From a virus, in the IMG/VR virus record IMGVR_UViG_3300045988_173726, positions 32,001 through 96,000 of that record: a stretch of DNA of 64,000 nt; one strand, 5' to 3'. A model generated the notes under the pieces. The model was given only the letters and a program-made list of their open reading frames with translations. It was not told where the DNA came from and made no database searches. The position numbers and the translations under genes are program-made. Of this stretch, positions 54,377 through 63,507 are shown one piece after another (within the stretch, counting starts at the first letter, position 1; every line of letters begins with the position of its first letter).

Positions 54377-55629
54377 TAGAGATAAAGATTAGACAAGACT
54401 TAAAGATTACGCAGTTGTCCTCAAGGAGTGCAAAGAGTTTGCAGGCTATCATAAAGGCGGTAGAGGCGCATAAGGGGGAGACAGTTAATCTAAACTTCTA
54501 TCAAGTCGTTGTGACGAATGTCTGGAAGTGTGTGGAGTTTGGGAATCTGCTTTGCAAGTACGATGTGCGGATGGAGTTTTACAGTGCGCCGGAAGCGGCG
54601 AAGAGCGCAAAGGTGTTGCTTAAGCTTGGGGGTTTACCGGAGGATAGAGTTGTAAATCATGTGGTTGTCTCAAAGGCTGTAGAGGTTAAGCCCGCGCTTC
54701 GTGACGCATTAAAGGGCATGGCAGAGAAGATGCGTGTTATTGACGGGGAGCTTTGCCTTAAGTTAAGTGAGTGCGGGTTTCGGCAGATAGGGAATATGCG
54801 AACGCTTGAGTCGGTGGTAGAGGTTATAGCCTATCGAAAGACGCAGGAGGATTGCGCAGGCGTAGACAAGTTTATGCTTGATGTTACAGGCATTTCGATG
54901 GTGCAGGACGTGTATACTCGTATGGATGAGTTTGAAAGACAGGTCATTGCGCTCGGGTTTACGCCTCGGTACGCCGCAGAGGGTGAATACGGGGAGGCGC
55001 TGTTAAACGCGATTCATAATACGCTTGCATTTTCAAGGAGTCGTGATTTAAGCCCGAAAGAGCGTGTGGAGTTGTTAAACAGGAAGTTACCTGTAAATTC
55101 GGCGGTGCTGTTTATGACTTTCTGTAATGGGCAGTCTAGGTCAAATTCGCAGAGCATTTGTATAGATAACGAGCCTACTACGAGTAGACCCGCTATTTAT
55201 CTCGGCAGTTCGGAAGAGAAGAACGGGTATTCGCTAAAGTTTATGGTATTTCCGATAGAGGATAACTTTGTAGTGAGTGAGGATTACGCCTTAGATAACG
55301 AGGGGGAGTATCTGGGTAATATAAAGTCGTATGTAATGCCGATAGCCTTAGAGGATATAGGGTTTGGAGCAGACGATGTAGAGTTTTTCGGGAAGAAGTA
55401 TTTTGTAGCTTTGCCGATAGCGGATTCGGCAGGAGAGCCGGAGTTATATAACTTGTATGTGACAGACGGGGATAGGCTTACGACTCGGCAAGTATCGGTT
55501 GCGGAGTATATGAAAGCGGTGTTTGACGACAGAGGAGTGGTTTATGACGTGCCACTACTGAATCGCTGTATCGAGGAGAGCAACAGAAATATCGAGATAT
55601 GGAAGAATCGGAAAGATAGGAGCAAGTAA
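54373..55629 (+). CDS. Hypothetical protein
   Basis: 418-aa ORF; its GTG start overlaps the previous stop (GTGA). Confidence 0.65.
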   Translation: MIEIKIRQDLKITQLSSRSAKSLQAIIKAVEAHKGETVNLNFYQVVVTNVWKCVEFGNLLCKYDVRMEFYSAPEAAKSAKVLLKLGGLPEDRVVNHVVVSKAVEVKPALRDALKGMAEKMRVIDGELCLKLSECGFRQIGNMRTLESVVEVIAYRKTQEDCAGVDKFMLDVTGISMVQDVYTRMDEFERQVIALGFTPRYAAEGEYGEALLNAIHNTLAFSRSRDLSPKERVELLNRKLPVNSAVLFMTFCNGQSRSNSQSICIDNEPTTSRPAIYLGSSEEKNGYSLKFMVFPIEDNFVVSEDYALDNEGEYLGNIKSYVMPIALEDIGFGADDVEFFGKKYFVALPIADSAGEPELYNLYVTDGDRLTTRQVSVAEYMKAVFDDRGVVYDVPLLNRCIEESNRNIEIWKNRKDRSK

Positions 55630-55754
55630 ACTCAAGTTTCTCTGTTAGAGAGCAGTATAAACTCAAGTTTCGGCTATATGCGGTTGCGGCTCTGCTTCGG
55701 CGGTAACAGGGGTCTTGTCCCGCAGAAAATCTGTGGAAAGAGAAAGAAAGTTTC
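55627..55754 (+). repeat. Mini-array of the AAGTTTC motif upstream of the helicase gene
   Basis: TAAACTCAAGTTTC at 55627 and 55658 (31 bp apart). GAAAGAAAGTTTC at 55742, followed by GGGGTATACC and then the ATG. Confidence 0.6.
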
Positions 55755-55764
55755 GGGGTATACC

Positions 55765-57918
55765 ATGATAGATAAAAGTAAGTTGATTGCAGACATTGAG
55801 CGTGTAAAAGGAATTAAGCATAGTGTCGAGCAACTGGCTGTTTTGAATAGCACGGGCGGTCTGGTGATTATTGCGGGTGCTGGTTCGGGTAAGACAAGCA
55901 CGATTACGGAGTTAGCCTATATCCGAGCAAAGACAGGGGAATTAGAGCCGTCTAAAACTCTTTGTGCGACTTACAGTAAGAGCGGTGCGCATGAGATGCA
56001 GAGGAAGTTTAAGCGTCTTTGTTCGGAGCTTGGGGACGATTTTGAATTGAGCTTTAAGACTCTGCATAGTTGCTATTATCAAATCCTTCGGTATCTGGGC
56101 TATCCGATAAACATTTGTAGTGAGGGCAGGGCGATGGGGTATCTTCGGCAAGCCCTAAAGGACTGCGGCATCAAGAGTAAGGACAAGGAGCTTGTAGAAT
56201 ATCTCAAAAACTTGTTTTCCTATCAGATAAACAAGGCGATGAGCTATAATGACTTGAGTCAGCACTATCAGTTTGACGAGAAGCGGATTAGTTTAGAGGA
56301 CTATAAGCGCGTAAACACGCAGTATAAGCAGTTAAAGGCGAACGACAGTGTTATGGAGTACGATGACATGCAGTTTATGGTTTACTGCATATTCTGCGGG
56401 GTTTCGGGTGCAGAGTTGACACAGAAAGTGTTGTCGTTCTGTAGGAGTCAGTGGAAGTATTTTATTCTTGACGAATTTCAAGATACAAGCACAATCCAGT
56501 ATAAGATTTTGCGGTGTATGTGCCCCACAGAGAACAGTGCAAATCTAATCGTAATCGGGGACGATGAGCAGGCAATTTACACTTGGAGAGGAACTGACCC
56601 TAAGATTATCCTAGAGGATGTGCAAGTAGACTATCGCTTGAGTTTATATGTTTTGTCCACAAACTATCGTTGCAAGTCAAATATCGTAAAGTTTGCGTTT
56701 AATTCCGTGAAGAATCTAAGCTATCGGCAGAAGAAGGAGCTTAATGCGAACACAGACGGCGGGAGTATTAAGATTCTTTCTAGTGATAACACACTTTACG
56801 GCATAAGCGAAGCGGTCTTAAAGTATGTCAAAGAGCGCATTGCGAGTGGAGAGAAAGCAGACAAAATAGCGGTACTAGTTAGAAATAACTACGAGGCTTG
56901 CGTTCTAAACGCAATGCTTTATGAGAACGGCATCTTTACGGATACGACAAGTGAGAGTATGAGGTTTACGCGGCAGGGGTTGTATGCCGATGTAAAGAGT
57001 GCGTTTGAGCTTCTTAGTAACACTTATAACGGGGACAGGGTTTCTGAGGTGCTTTGGAAGTATGTCGTATTTCTTGGTGCAAACGGAGCGAAGGTCATCG
57101 GGAGCATTATGAACGACTTCGGGGTAAGCCTTACGGAAGCTCTGGGGATTGCGCTAAGTTTAACTGCCTACAGTAGCAAAGTAGGCAAAGTGGGGGAGGA
57201 AATCCCGAGAGGATATAGAGATACGCTTGCGGCTAAGATTTACGCGATGGGTAGAGACACGGTATGGGGTCTGTATCAACTATATTCCCTTCTTTCGGCA
57301 AAGATTAGTAACGAGGACAAGTTTAGTGGTCTTATGGCTATTCTTTACGAGGGAGTTCGGTATATTTACGGAACTCCGGAGCGAGAAAGGCTTTTAAGCG
57401 GGTATTTATCGTATGTTAGGAGTTTATTTGGGCGGTTTAATACGATAGATAGGCTTAAGGAGTATTTTTCAGCGCTATATCAGTACGAGACAGCAGTAGA
57501 TAAGGGGTCAGACTGCATAAATGTCTATACCTATCATGGTGCAAAAGGTCTTGAGTGGGATACGGTAATTTTAATGTGCTGTGACAGCCTAGCCTTGCCG
57601 GAGAGTAGAAGCATTCGGGATATGGTAAACAGGGGTTACGAGTCCAAGGATATAGTGGAGTATATAGACTGCGAGCGGCGGTTATACTATGTTGGATGCA
57701 CGAGAGCTAAAGAGAGGCTTGTGATAGCTTGTGATAACAGTGAGCCGTCCCAGTTTCTTATGGAGTCTTTGGGATTAAACGATGCATACAGGGACAGTAA
57801 CCTTGAGCTTATTGAGGATTCAGACTTTAATTTAGCGGCGAAGGAGAGATTGCCAAGGTATTTGTCAGTCGTTGAAAGTTGGAGGAAGTCGGATGAAGAG
57901 GATAGCGAATCTGTTTGA
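55765..57918 (+). CDS. UvrD/Rep/PcrA-family SF1 helicase
   Basis: Motifs IIAGAGSGKTSTI (I), FILDEFQDTS (II), TNYRC (IV), TYHGAKGLEWDTVIL (V), RRLYYVGCTRAKERL (VI). ATG 55765 is preferred over the ORF-track start 55678, which would read through the repeat mini-array. Confidence 0.85.
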   Translation: MIDKSKLIADIERVKGIKHSVEQLAVLNSTGGLVIIAGAGSGKTSTITELAYIRAKTGELEPSKTLCATYSKSGAHEMQRKFKRLCSELGDDFELSFKTLHSCYYQILRYLGYPINICSEGRAMGYLRQALKDCGIKSKDKELVEYLKNLFSYQINKAMSYNDLSQHYQFDEKRISLEDYKRVNTQYKQLKANDSVMEYDDMQFMVYCIFCGVSGAELTQKVLSFCRSQWKYFILDEFQDTSTIQYKILRCMCPTENSANLIVIGDDEQAIYTWRGTDPKIILEDVQVDYRLSLYVLSTNYRCKSNIVKFAFNSVKNLSYRQKKELNANTDGGSIKILSSDNTLYGISEAVLKYVKERIASGEKADKIAVLVRNNYEACVLNAMLYENGIFTDTTSESMRFTRQGLYADVKSAFELLSNTYNGDRVSEVLWKYVVFLGANGAKVIGSIMNDFGVSLTEALGIALSLTAYSSKVGKVGEEIPRGYRDTLAAKIYAMGRDTVWGLYQLYSLLSAKISNEDKFSGLMAILYEGVRYIYGTPERERLLSGYLSYVRSLFGRFNTIDRLKEYFSALYQYETAVDKGSDCINVYTYHGAKGLEWDTVILMCCDSLALPESRSIRDMVNRGYESKDIVEYIDCERRLYYVGCTRAKERLVIACDNSEPSQFLMESLGLNDAYRDSNLELIEDSDFNLAAKERLPRYLSVVESWRKSDEEDSESV

Positions 57919-58363
57919 CAGGTGGAGTTCCGGGCTACATGCCTTGGCATTGGGAATTTTTATCATTCTGGTGCTTGTGCTTTTTGGGTCTATGACTGGG
58001 GCTTACAACAAGGTGAGTAAGCGCACGGTTAAGAGGATTATGTATGATATGTACACACCGAAAAGCATGGAGTATTTCAATTCCAGAGCGCGGTATTATG
58101 TAAAGAAGCGGGTAATAACTTCCGATGAGGCGAGCCAGTTGTTTATTAGCACGCGGGAGAAGGAACTTACGGAGGACGATAAAGAGCGGAAGCTTGATAT
58201 AGAGAGCGTGACCGAGAGTAAGGCATCGGATAACACGACAGGAGATACTCTGTATCGGGTGAAAGCGTCTCTTCGGTATAAAGGAAAGACTACACGGTTT
58301 GAGATTATCTTTTCGGTAGATAAGAGTGGTGCAATATATAAGCATGTAGCACAGGTGCTATAA
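57893..58363 (+). CDS. Membrane-anchored hypothetical protein
   Basis: ORF 57872..58363 trimmed to ATG 57893 after GGAGGAAG. TM helix LHALALGIFIILVLVLFGSM. Confidence 0.6.
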   Translation: MKRIANLFDRWSSGLHALALGIFIILVLVLFGSMTGAYNKVSKRTVKRIMYDMYTPKSMEYFNSRARYYVKKRVITSDEASQLFISTREKELTEDDKERKLDIESVTESKASDNTTGDTLYRVKASLRYKGKTTRFEIIFSVDKSGAIYKHVAQVL

Positions 58364-58449
58364 GTAGAATAGGCGGTAGGGAGACCTGCCGCCTTTAGGC
58401 GATTAAGAGGGATTTGGTTTAGGTTTAATGGTTTTTGGAGGAAGCTTCT

Positions 58450-61400
58450 ATGCGGAAGGGCGATAAAAAAGACGAGAAGAAGCCGAAGGGGAAATTATCA
58501 AAGGTAATTCGCAAGTTTTTAATGGCACCCCTAGCGACTTCGGTGGTGGTAGCGACACTGACTTACGGTTTAGCGGTTTTGCCCGTAGCGGTTGTGGTGA
58601 TAAGCTATAACGCGATTTCGGATGACGGAAAGAAGACAGAGGTAGACGATGGCTTAACTGTAAACAAGGTGAGTTGCGGTTGTACGATAATCGGGAGTGG
58701 GCAGGGAGCGGGTGTCACGCAAGAGGTCGATACGACAGCCTCGGCTTTCCCGACATATAACCTAACGGATGCGCAGTTAATAAGGCTTGCGAGGCTTTGT
58801 CATGCGGAGCAGGGTGTAGGCGGCGAAGGGGGAGTGAAGGCAGAGGCAAGTTTAATCGCGAGTAAATACGAGGATTCCGTAAGAAAACAGGGGAAGTCAA
58901 AGGCGGGTGAGCCTTGGGAAACAAAGTCTCTTGACTACTACGCGGATTGGAGCGGCTGGTGGCACGGCACAAAGGGGTGGACAGCGGCTAAGGCGGGTCG
59001 TCCCGACAAGGATTATATGGAAAAAGGTTCTTATACCGCGCAGGAAGTCGAGTGGATGCGGGATGTGTTTGTGAAGGGAGAGCGGACAATTCCTAACTAT
59101 GTCATGGAGCATGATAACATAAACGAAATAACGCGAGCGGTAACGGACGGAGCGGAAACGCCGAAGCGGGCAGACGCATTTGTGCAGGGTAAAACGAAGC
59201 TGTTTAATGTCTATGATTCGCATTATATCTTTTTTGCACAGCCGAGTCCTCGTTCCGACCCGTTTGGCTATATAGAGGCAGATAGAGCGCGTATTGAGCG
59301 TTTGGGTGCGGTTATTAATGTCGGAGATAAGAAGAAAGTTACAACAACGGTAGTAGCGGACGGCAGTAACGGTAGTAACGGAAGTGCGGGCGGTGGCACG
59401 GCAACAGGTTCAACGGGAGCGGTAGTAACAAACGGGGCTGGGATGGCGACAAGCGGTCGTTTAGCGGAGGTGCATCAAAACATCTATCGTATAGCGATGT
59501 CACATATAGGCACAAGGTATGTGTGGGGCGGTAGTTCTTGGACTAGTGGAGCGGACTGTTCTCATGAGACATATATGATACTAAAAGAGGCGGGTGGTTA
59601 TAACAGGGGCTATGTTACTTCGCAAGTATTCCTAACTCTTGGACCAGAAGTAAGTCTAACGGAGTTGCAAGCTGGGGACTGCCTAGTAAGCCCTGGACAT
59701 GTAGCAATTTATATCGGTAATGACATGGTTTTTAGCTCTGGGCAGACGGGTTCGGTAAGTTATGTAAAGCCAGCGTCCGAGTATATCGGGTGGTTTCAGC
59801 GTAAAGGAAAGCGTTTGCAGGCAGTCCGTGTAAACGAAATGATAGCGATAGCGCAGGCAGACGCGGCGGCAGGGAACGGAAGTAGCACGCCGCAAGCGCA
59901 AGCTAGCGGTTTAACGGACGGTTCGTTTAAGGTAGCGGTAGCGAACGAAGTAAGTTTGCGGGGGCAAGCGCCGATAGACGGGACACTGGTCGGTATCACG
60001 GACGGCGGCACGGTAAGCACGAATGCTGGCAGTGTAACGGGGTTAAGCTCTGGAAGTACGGGAGCGCCTATCGGAGCGTCAAGTACAAATAGCGGTAGCC
60101 TAGGTAAGCGAATAGATAACGCAGAGCAGAACAAGTATGGTTTGCCGTTGTACGACAATTACACGTTTAATCCTGATGTTTATGAGCATTTCGACATAGA
60201 TTATTCAAGGTTCTGGAACGGAAGCACGCCAGCGGGGGATGTTGTATACGGTGGTGGAGACTGGAAAGATAACGCATCGAAGAATATTCTTGCATGGGAG
60301 TATAGCGACTCATATTTGAGAAGGCATCCTAATCTGCGAAAGTTTCAGAAGTTTATACCAGACTCGGAAAGTGGAGCATTTGGTTTCCGAGACGGAAGGC
60401 TTGTTATGGCAGTTCCCTATAGGCTGTTGTGTGTAAATTCGGACGAGTCTACAAACTGGTTTGAGACAATACTGCCAACAAAGCAGGCAAACGGCAGAAC
60501 AGGAACTAGTGGAGACAGTCCTGTTATCGAGCCACCGAGTAAGATTAAGCGTATCGAAGGCACAGACGGCATGTATTTTGATGTTGTGTTTGATGACGGG
60601 ACGGTTTTAGGCTGTATGGCTTGTGACGCTATGGGATTGCATACTGGTGTAAATCATTTTGATGACGGCTCATCAACGACATCTTTTGACAAATGGAGTA
60701 AGGGAGCATTTCATACGAGTGTAGTAGGGAGCGTTCCGAATAATACAGAGGCAGAGAGGACGGCGGCTAACCCTAAGATGCGCCTAAATTTCTTTGAGAT
60801 ATTAGGGGCAAAGGATAATAACGCAATGATTTCGCAGTTGAAAGACTTTCTTAGGTCTGGACAGAAGCGAATCAAGTCAGTAAGGGTGTATCCTACGCTT
60901 TTATTAAAGAATGGAGAGCAGTTCGCATCCGCAGGCACGAACAGCTCATTTGGTTTAACAGGTGGCACAGCGGGACGTGCGGTTGCGGGAGAGGATACGA
61001 CAGCACAGACAGGGAACAGTAGCGGCAATACGGGCTTATATGCAAATTGCACTTGTAGCGAGTGCCATTGCCACGATAACGAGAGTAGTGGAGTGAGCGG
61101 CGGACCAGCGTCCTCAATCGTGGCGAATACGGGTAAACTAACGGAGACAGCGGGTATGCCGCAGGGTGTTTACTGGAATAAGGCAACAAATAAGCAGTAT
61201 ACGCCGCAGGAAGTGCTTGATATGTTTAGGACAAACTTCCCGAATATATCAAGTCAGTATATACCTTGCTTTGGGTTACGTGATTTTACAGATTTAGCAG
61301 TTCCAGCAGATAAGCTTCCAGAGAAGTTTAAGGACACGCGGGGAGTACTCGGGTATGCGCAGGGAAATCAGTCTTGGAAAGGGTTAAAGTGGATAGTAGC

Positions 61401-62085
61401 GGGGCTTCCGTATCGGGATAGCTTTGCAAATGACGCAACTTTTGCGCAGAGTTCGTGCGGAGTTCATGCGCAGAGTATTATCATAAGCAGTCTGTTGCAT
61501 CGGTATATCACGCCACCAGAGGTTGTAATGGCGGCAATCATGAGTGATAAGCTTGGCGGTGATGAGCATGGAGCATATAGCACGGGTCGAGTTTACGCAG
61601 CGATGGGATTTAGCCGTATTTATAACAGCTTTAAGTTTAACGGGGAGAATCTGTTTAATGTCGAGTTTTCGGAGACTTTATCGCGGGATAAGCTTGACAG
61701 TGTGTTAAACGCGGGTGGTATGGTTTCGGTGTGTGTGCATAGGTATTGGACGAGAGCGGGTCATTTCGTGGTAATCGCGACAAGAGACAGCGATAACAAG
61801 TATTACATCGTAGATAGCAACGCGAGTCACTTAGTAAAAGACACTGTTCCTTACGATAAGGGATATACGTTTGACGAGATAGCCCAGCTTGGCGGGGTAA
61901 TCAATCAAGTAAACTATGTTACGCCGACAGAGGCATATAACCAGTATTTGCAGAGCGGAAGTAACAGCACGGCGGTAAGTACGAGTAGCGGCGCGGGTAC
62001 GAGCGAGAGCGCTACGGGAGCTACAAGTAATAGCTCGGAAAGCGCGAACAGCGAAAGTACGACTGTGGAAGAGGAGGATGAGTGA
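58450..62085 (+). CDS. Multi-domain cell-wall hydrolase (SleB-like segment + NlpC/P60 + C-terminal Cys/His peptidase-like domain), membrane anchored
   Basis: ORF 58435..62085 trimmed to ATG 58450. N-terminal TM helix. LARLCHAEQGVGGEGGVKAEASLIASKY. NlpC/P60 segment GTRYVWGGSSWTSGADCSHETYMIL...GDCLVSPGHVAIYIG. C-terminal SSCGVHAQSII...AGHFVVIATRD...YYIVDSN. Gly/Ser/Thr linkers. Confidence 0.65.
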   Translation: MRKGDKKDEKKPKGKLSKVIRKFLMAPLATSVVVATLTYGLAVLPVAVVVISYNAISDDGKKTEVDDGLTVNKVSCGCTIIGSGQGAGVTQEVDTTASAFPTYNLTDAQLIRLARLCHAEQGVGGEGGVKAEASLIASKYEDSVRKQGKSKAGEPWETKSLDYYADWSGWWHGTKGWTAAKAGRPDKDYMEKGSYTAQEVEWMRDVFVKGERTIPNYVMEHDNINEITRAVTDGAETPKRADAFVQGKTKLFNVYDSHYIFFAQPSPRSDPFGYIEADRARIERLGAVINVGDKKKVTTTVVADGSNGSNGSAGGGTATGSTGAVVTNGAGMATSGRLAEVHQNIYRIAMSHIGTRYVWGGSSWTSGADCSHETYMILKEAGGYNRGYVTSQVFLTLGPEVSLTELQAGDCLVSPGHVAIYIGNDMVFSSGQTGSVSYVKPASEYIGWFQRKGKRLQAVRVNEMIAIAQADAAAGNGSSTPQAQASGLTDGSFKVAVANEVSLRGQAPIDGTLVGITDGGTVSTNAGSVTGLSSGSTGAPIGASSTNSGSLGKRIDNAEQNKYGLPLYDNYTFNPDVYEHFDIDYSRFWNGSTPAGDVVYGGGDWKDNASKNILAWEYSDSYLRRHPNLRKFQKFIPDSESGAFGFRDGRLVMAVPYRLLCVNSDESTNWFETILPTKQANGRTGTSGDSPVIEPPSKIKRIEGTDGMYFDVVFDDGTVLGCMACDAMGLHTGVNHFDDGSSTTSFDKWSKGAFHTSVVGSVPNNTEAERTAANPKMRLNFFEILGAKDNNAMISQLKDFLRSGQKRIKSVRVYPTLLLKNGEQFASAGTNSSFGLTGGTAGRAVAGEDTTAQTGNSSGNTGLYANCTCSECHCHDNESSGVSGGPASSIVANTGKLTETAGMPQGVYWNKATNKQYTPQEVLDMFRTNFPNISSQYIPCFGLRDFTDLAVPADKLPEKFKDTRGVLGYAQGNQSWKGLKWIVAGLPYRDSFANDATFAQSSCGVHAQSIIISSLLHRYITPPEVVMAAIMSDKLGGDEHGAYSTGRVYAAMGFSRIYNSFKFNGENLFNVEFSETLSRDKLDSVLNAGGMVSVCVHRYWTRAGHFVVIATRDSDNKYYIVDSNASHLVKDTVPYDKGYTFDEIAQLGGVINQVNYVTPTEAYNQYLQSGSNSTAVSTSSGAGTSESATGATSNSSESANSESTTVEEEDE

Positions 62086-63146
62086 TGCGGCTTAAGGGAA
62101 TCGGGGCAGTTCTTTTCCTAGGAGTAGCCCTAAGTTTGTCGGCTTGTGGGAGCAGTGGATTGAGTGCGGATAGTGTAAAGGGGGATTTAACGAGTCTAGT
62201 CAATTACGAGGTAAACGGCGGGTTAAAGGGAGCTTCGGAGGGGGATTTCGATAAGAAGCTTATTGAGAGATTAAAGACAGAGTATGCGGATAGGGACGCA
62301 GGGGATGAGGTTTGCGTGAGCGATATACCCGCCTTTTCGGAGTTATATACGAAAATGAAGCAGGATATGGCGCAGTATTATAACGATTGCCGCTACGGAA
62401 ACGACTATGAGCAGGACACGCCGAGTGATGAAGCTTTGGCGGCTGGGTTAGCCTATGCCGCTGAGCAGTCGGAGAAGGTAAAGGCGGTAGTGGAGCGGAT
62501 AAAGGGTCTTAATGAGTTTAAGGGGACACATAGCGAGGAAGAGGTTGCGGCAGAGATAGAGGCGATAAAGGGGATGTATATCGAGTTGCCCGAGAACTAC
62601 AGGGGTAGCGTATACAACTACAGTGACATAGTAGGTAAAGGCGAGGAAGCGCCAAAGGTGGAGAAAAAGACAGATATAATCATTGCAGACACGCCGAGTA
62701 ACAGTTGGACAGAGCTTGATGCAAATAGTTACGGGTATGCACGGTGTATATCTAGCGAGTGGTACGATAGCATCATAGATAAGGGCGAGAATGCGGTGCT
62801 TGTAGACGACAGTAAGTTTATTTCGCACATTGTAGCGGCATCGGATGGAAAGCTAACGCTAAAGGACGGGAAGTTATATCTAAACAAGTCAGAGGTAGAC
62901 AAGAGTTTCAATGTTTGCGATAAGATTTCTATTCGTGTAGTAAAGTCAACTCCTATACCGGAAGAGTTTTCTCTAAAAGATTTCATTTTATGGGACGATG
63001 GGACATTTAAGGCATCGTTTGAGAGCGAGACATACAAGTATACGCTTCTTGGCTATGTAAGAAAGGGGAAGGTATATGTTTCTTCTGGAGCAGAGGGATT
63101 GGTTAGAGCTGTAACATACGATATAAGGGCTACAGTAGCAGAGTAA
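62085..63146 (+). CDS. Lipoprotein, unknown function
   Basis: Signal peptide MRLKGIGAVLFLGVALSLSAC with lipobox LSAC. The start overlaps the previous stop. Confidence 0.7.
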   Translation: MRLKGIGAVLFLGVALSLSACGSSGLSADSVKGDLTSLVNYEVNGGLKGASEGDFDKKLIERLKTEYADRDAGDEVCVSDIPAFSELYTKMKQDMAQYYNDCRYGNDYEQDTPSDEALAAGLAYAAEQSEKVKAVVERIKGLNEFKGTHSEEEVAAEIEAIKGMYIELPENYRGSVYNYSDIVGKGEEAPKVEKKTDIIIADTPSNSWTELDANSYGYARCISSEWYDSIIDKGENAVLVDDSKFISHIVAASDGKLTLKDGKLYLNKSEVDKSFNVCDKISIRVVKSTPIPEEFSLKDFILWDDGTFKASFESETYKYTLLGYVRKGKVYVSSGAEGLVRAVTYDIRATVAE

Positions 63147-63197
63147 GCCAAGTACACAGCACAGTTTAACAGGTATAAAGATTTAAGGAGAGGTAGG

Positions 63198-63481
63198 GTA
63201 AACTAGCAGTTTCCAACAATGTAGAAGAAACAGGAATTATTCTCGACTTTATACATTTTATTTAGTAAGCAGTCCTATACAGATGTATTCAACGCAAGAC
63301 AGTTGAGCATCTCCCTTTAGGGCTAAGTTTATCAGAAGCCTTGACAACAATTTTCATTGTGTGGCTACGGTTGAAATGAGATGAGTTAGGGTGGAATAGG
63401 TTAACCGTAAGACCTTGAGTTGCAAAACTCTAAAATTGAGCTAGAGTATGGATTTTTCAAGTTTCGTATTTCTAGTTACGG
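63198..63481 (+). mobile_element. ORF-less miniature derivative of the TnpB-like element (left end fused directly to the RNA/right-end module)
   Basis: 63198-63269 aligns with the left ends of copies 1-3 (GTAAACTAGCAGTTTCCAACAATGTAGAAGAAACAGGAATTATTCTCGA...). 63270-63481 aligns with the 3' RNA module. There is no tnpB-like ORF between them. Confidence 0.7.
63270..63481 (+). ncRNA. Conserved structured RNA module, orphan copy
   Basis: Aligns with 6530-6742 and 29754-29970. The hairpin GAGTT-GCAA-AACTC (63417-63430) carries a third GNRA loop variant. Ends in TTCTAGTTACGG. Confidence 0.6.
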
Positions 63482-63507
63482 TATCAGTCGAAGGACAAGT
63501 AGGAAGA

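Noticed and set aside
41018-63146. Reading this half of the window as a Gram-positive conjugation (T4SS) module, because of the VirD4-like Walker A, the NlpC/P60 hydrolase, lipoproteins and a UvrD-like helicase
   Set aside because: No VirB4/VirB6-type genes or relaxase motifs are recognisable. The region is continuous with a phage-type replisome on one strand. The individual genes are equally common in large phages. Not excluded, but unsupported.
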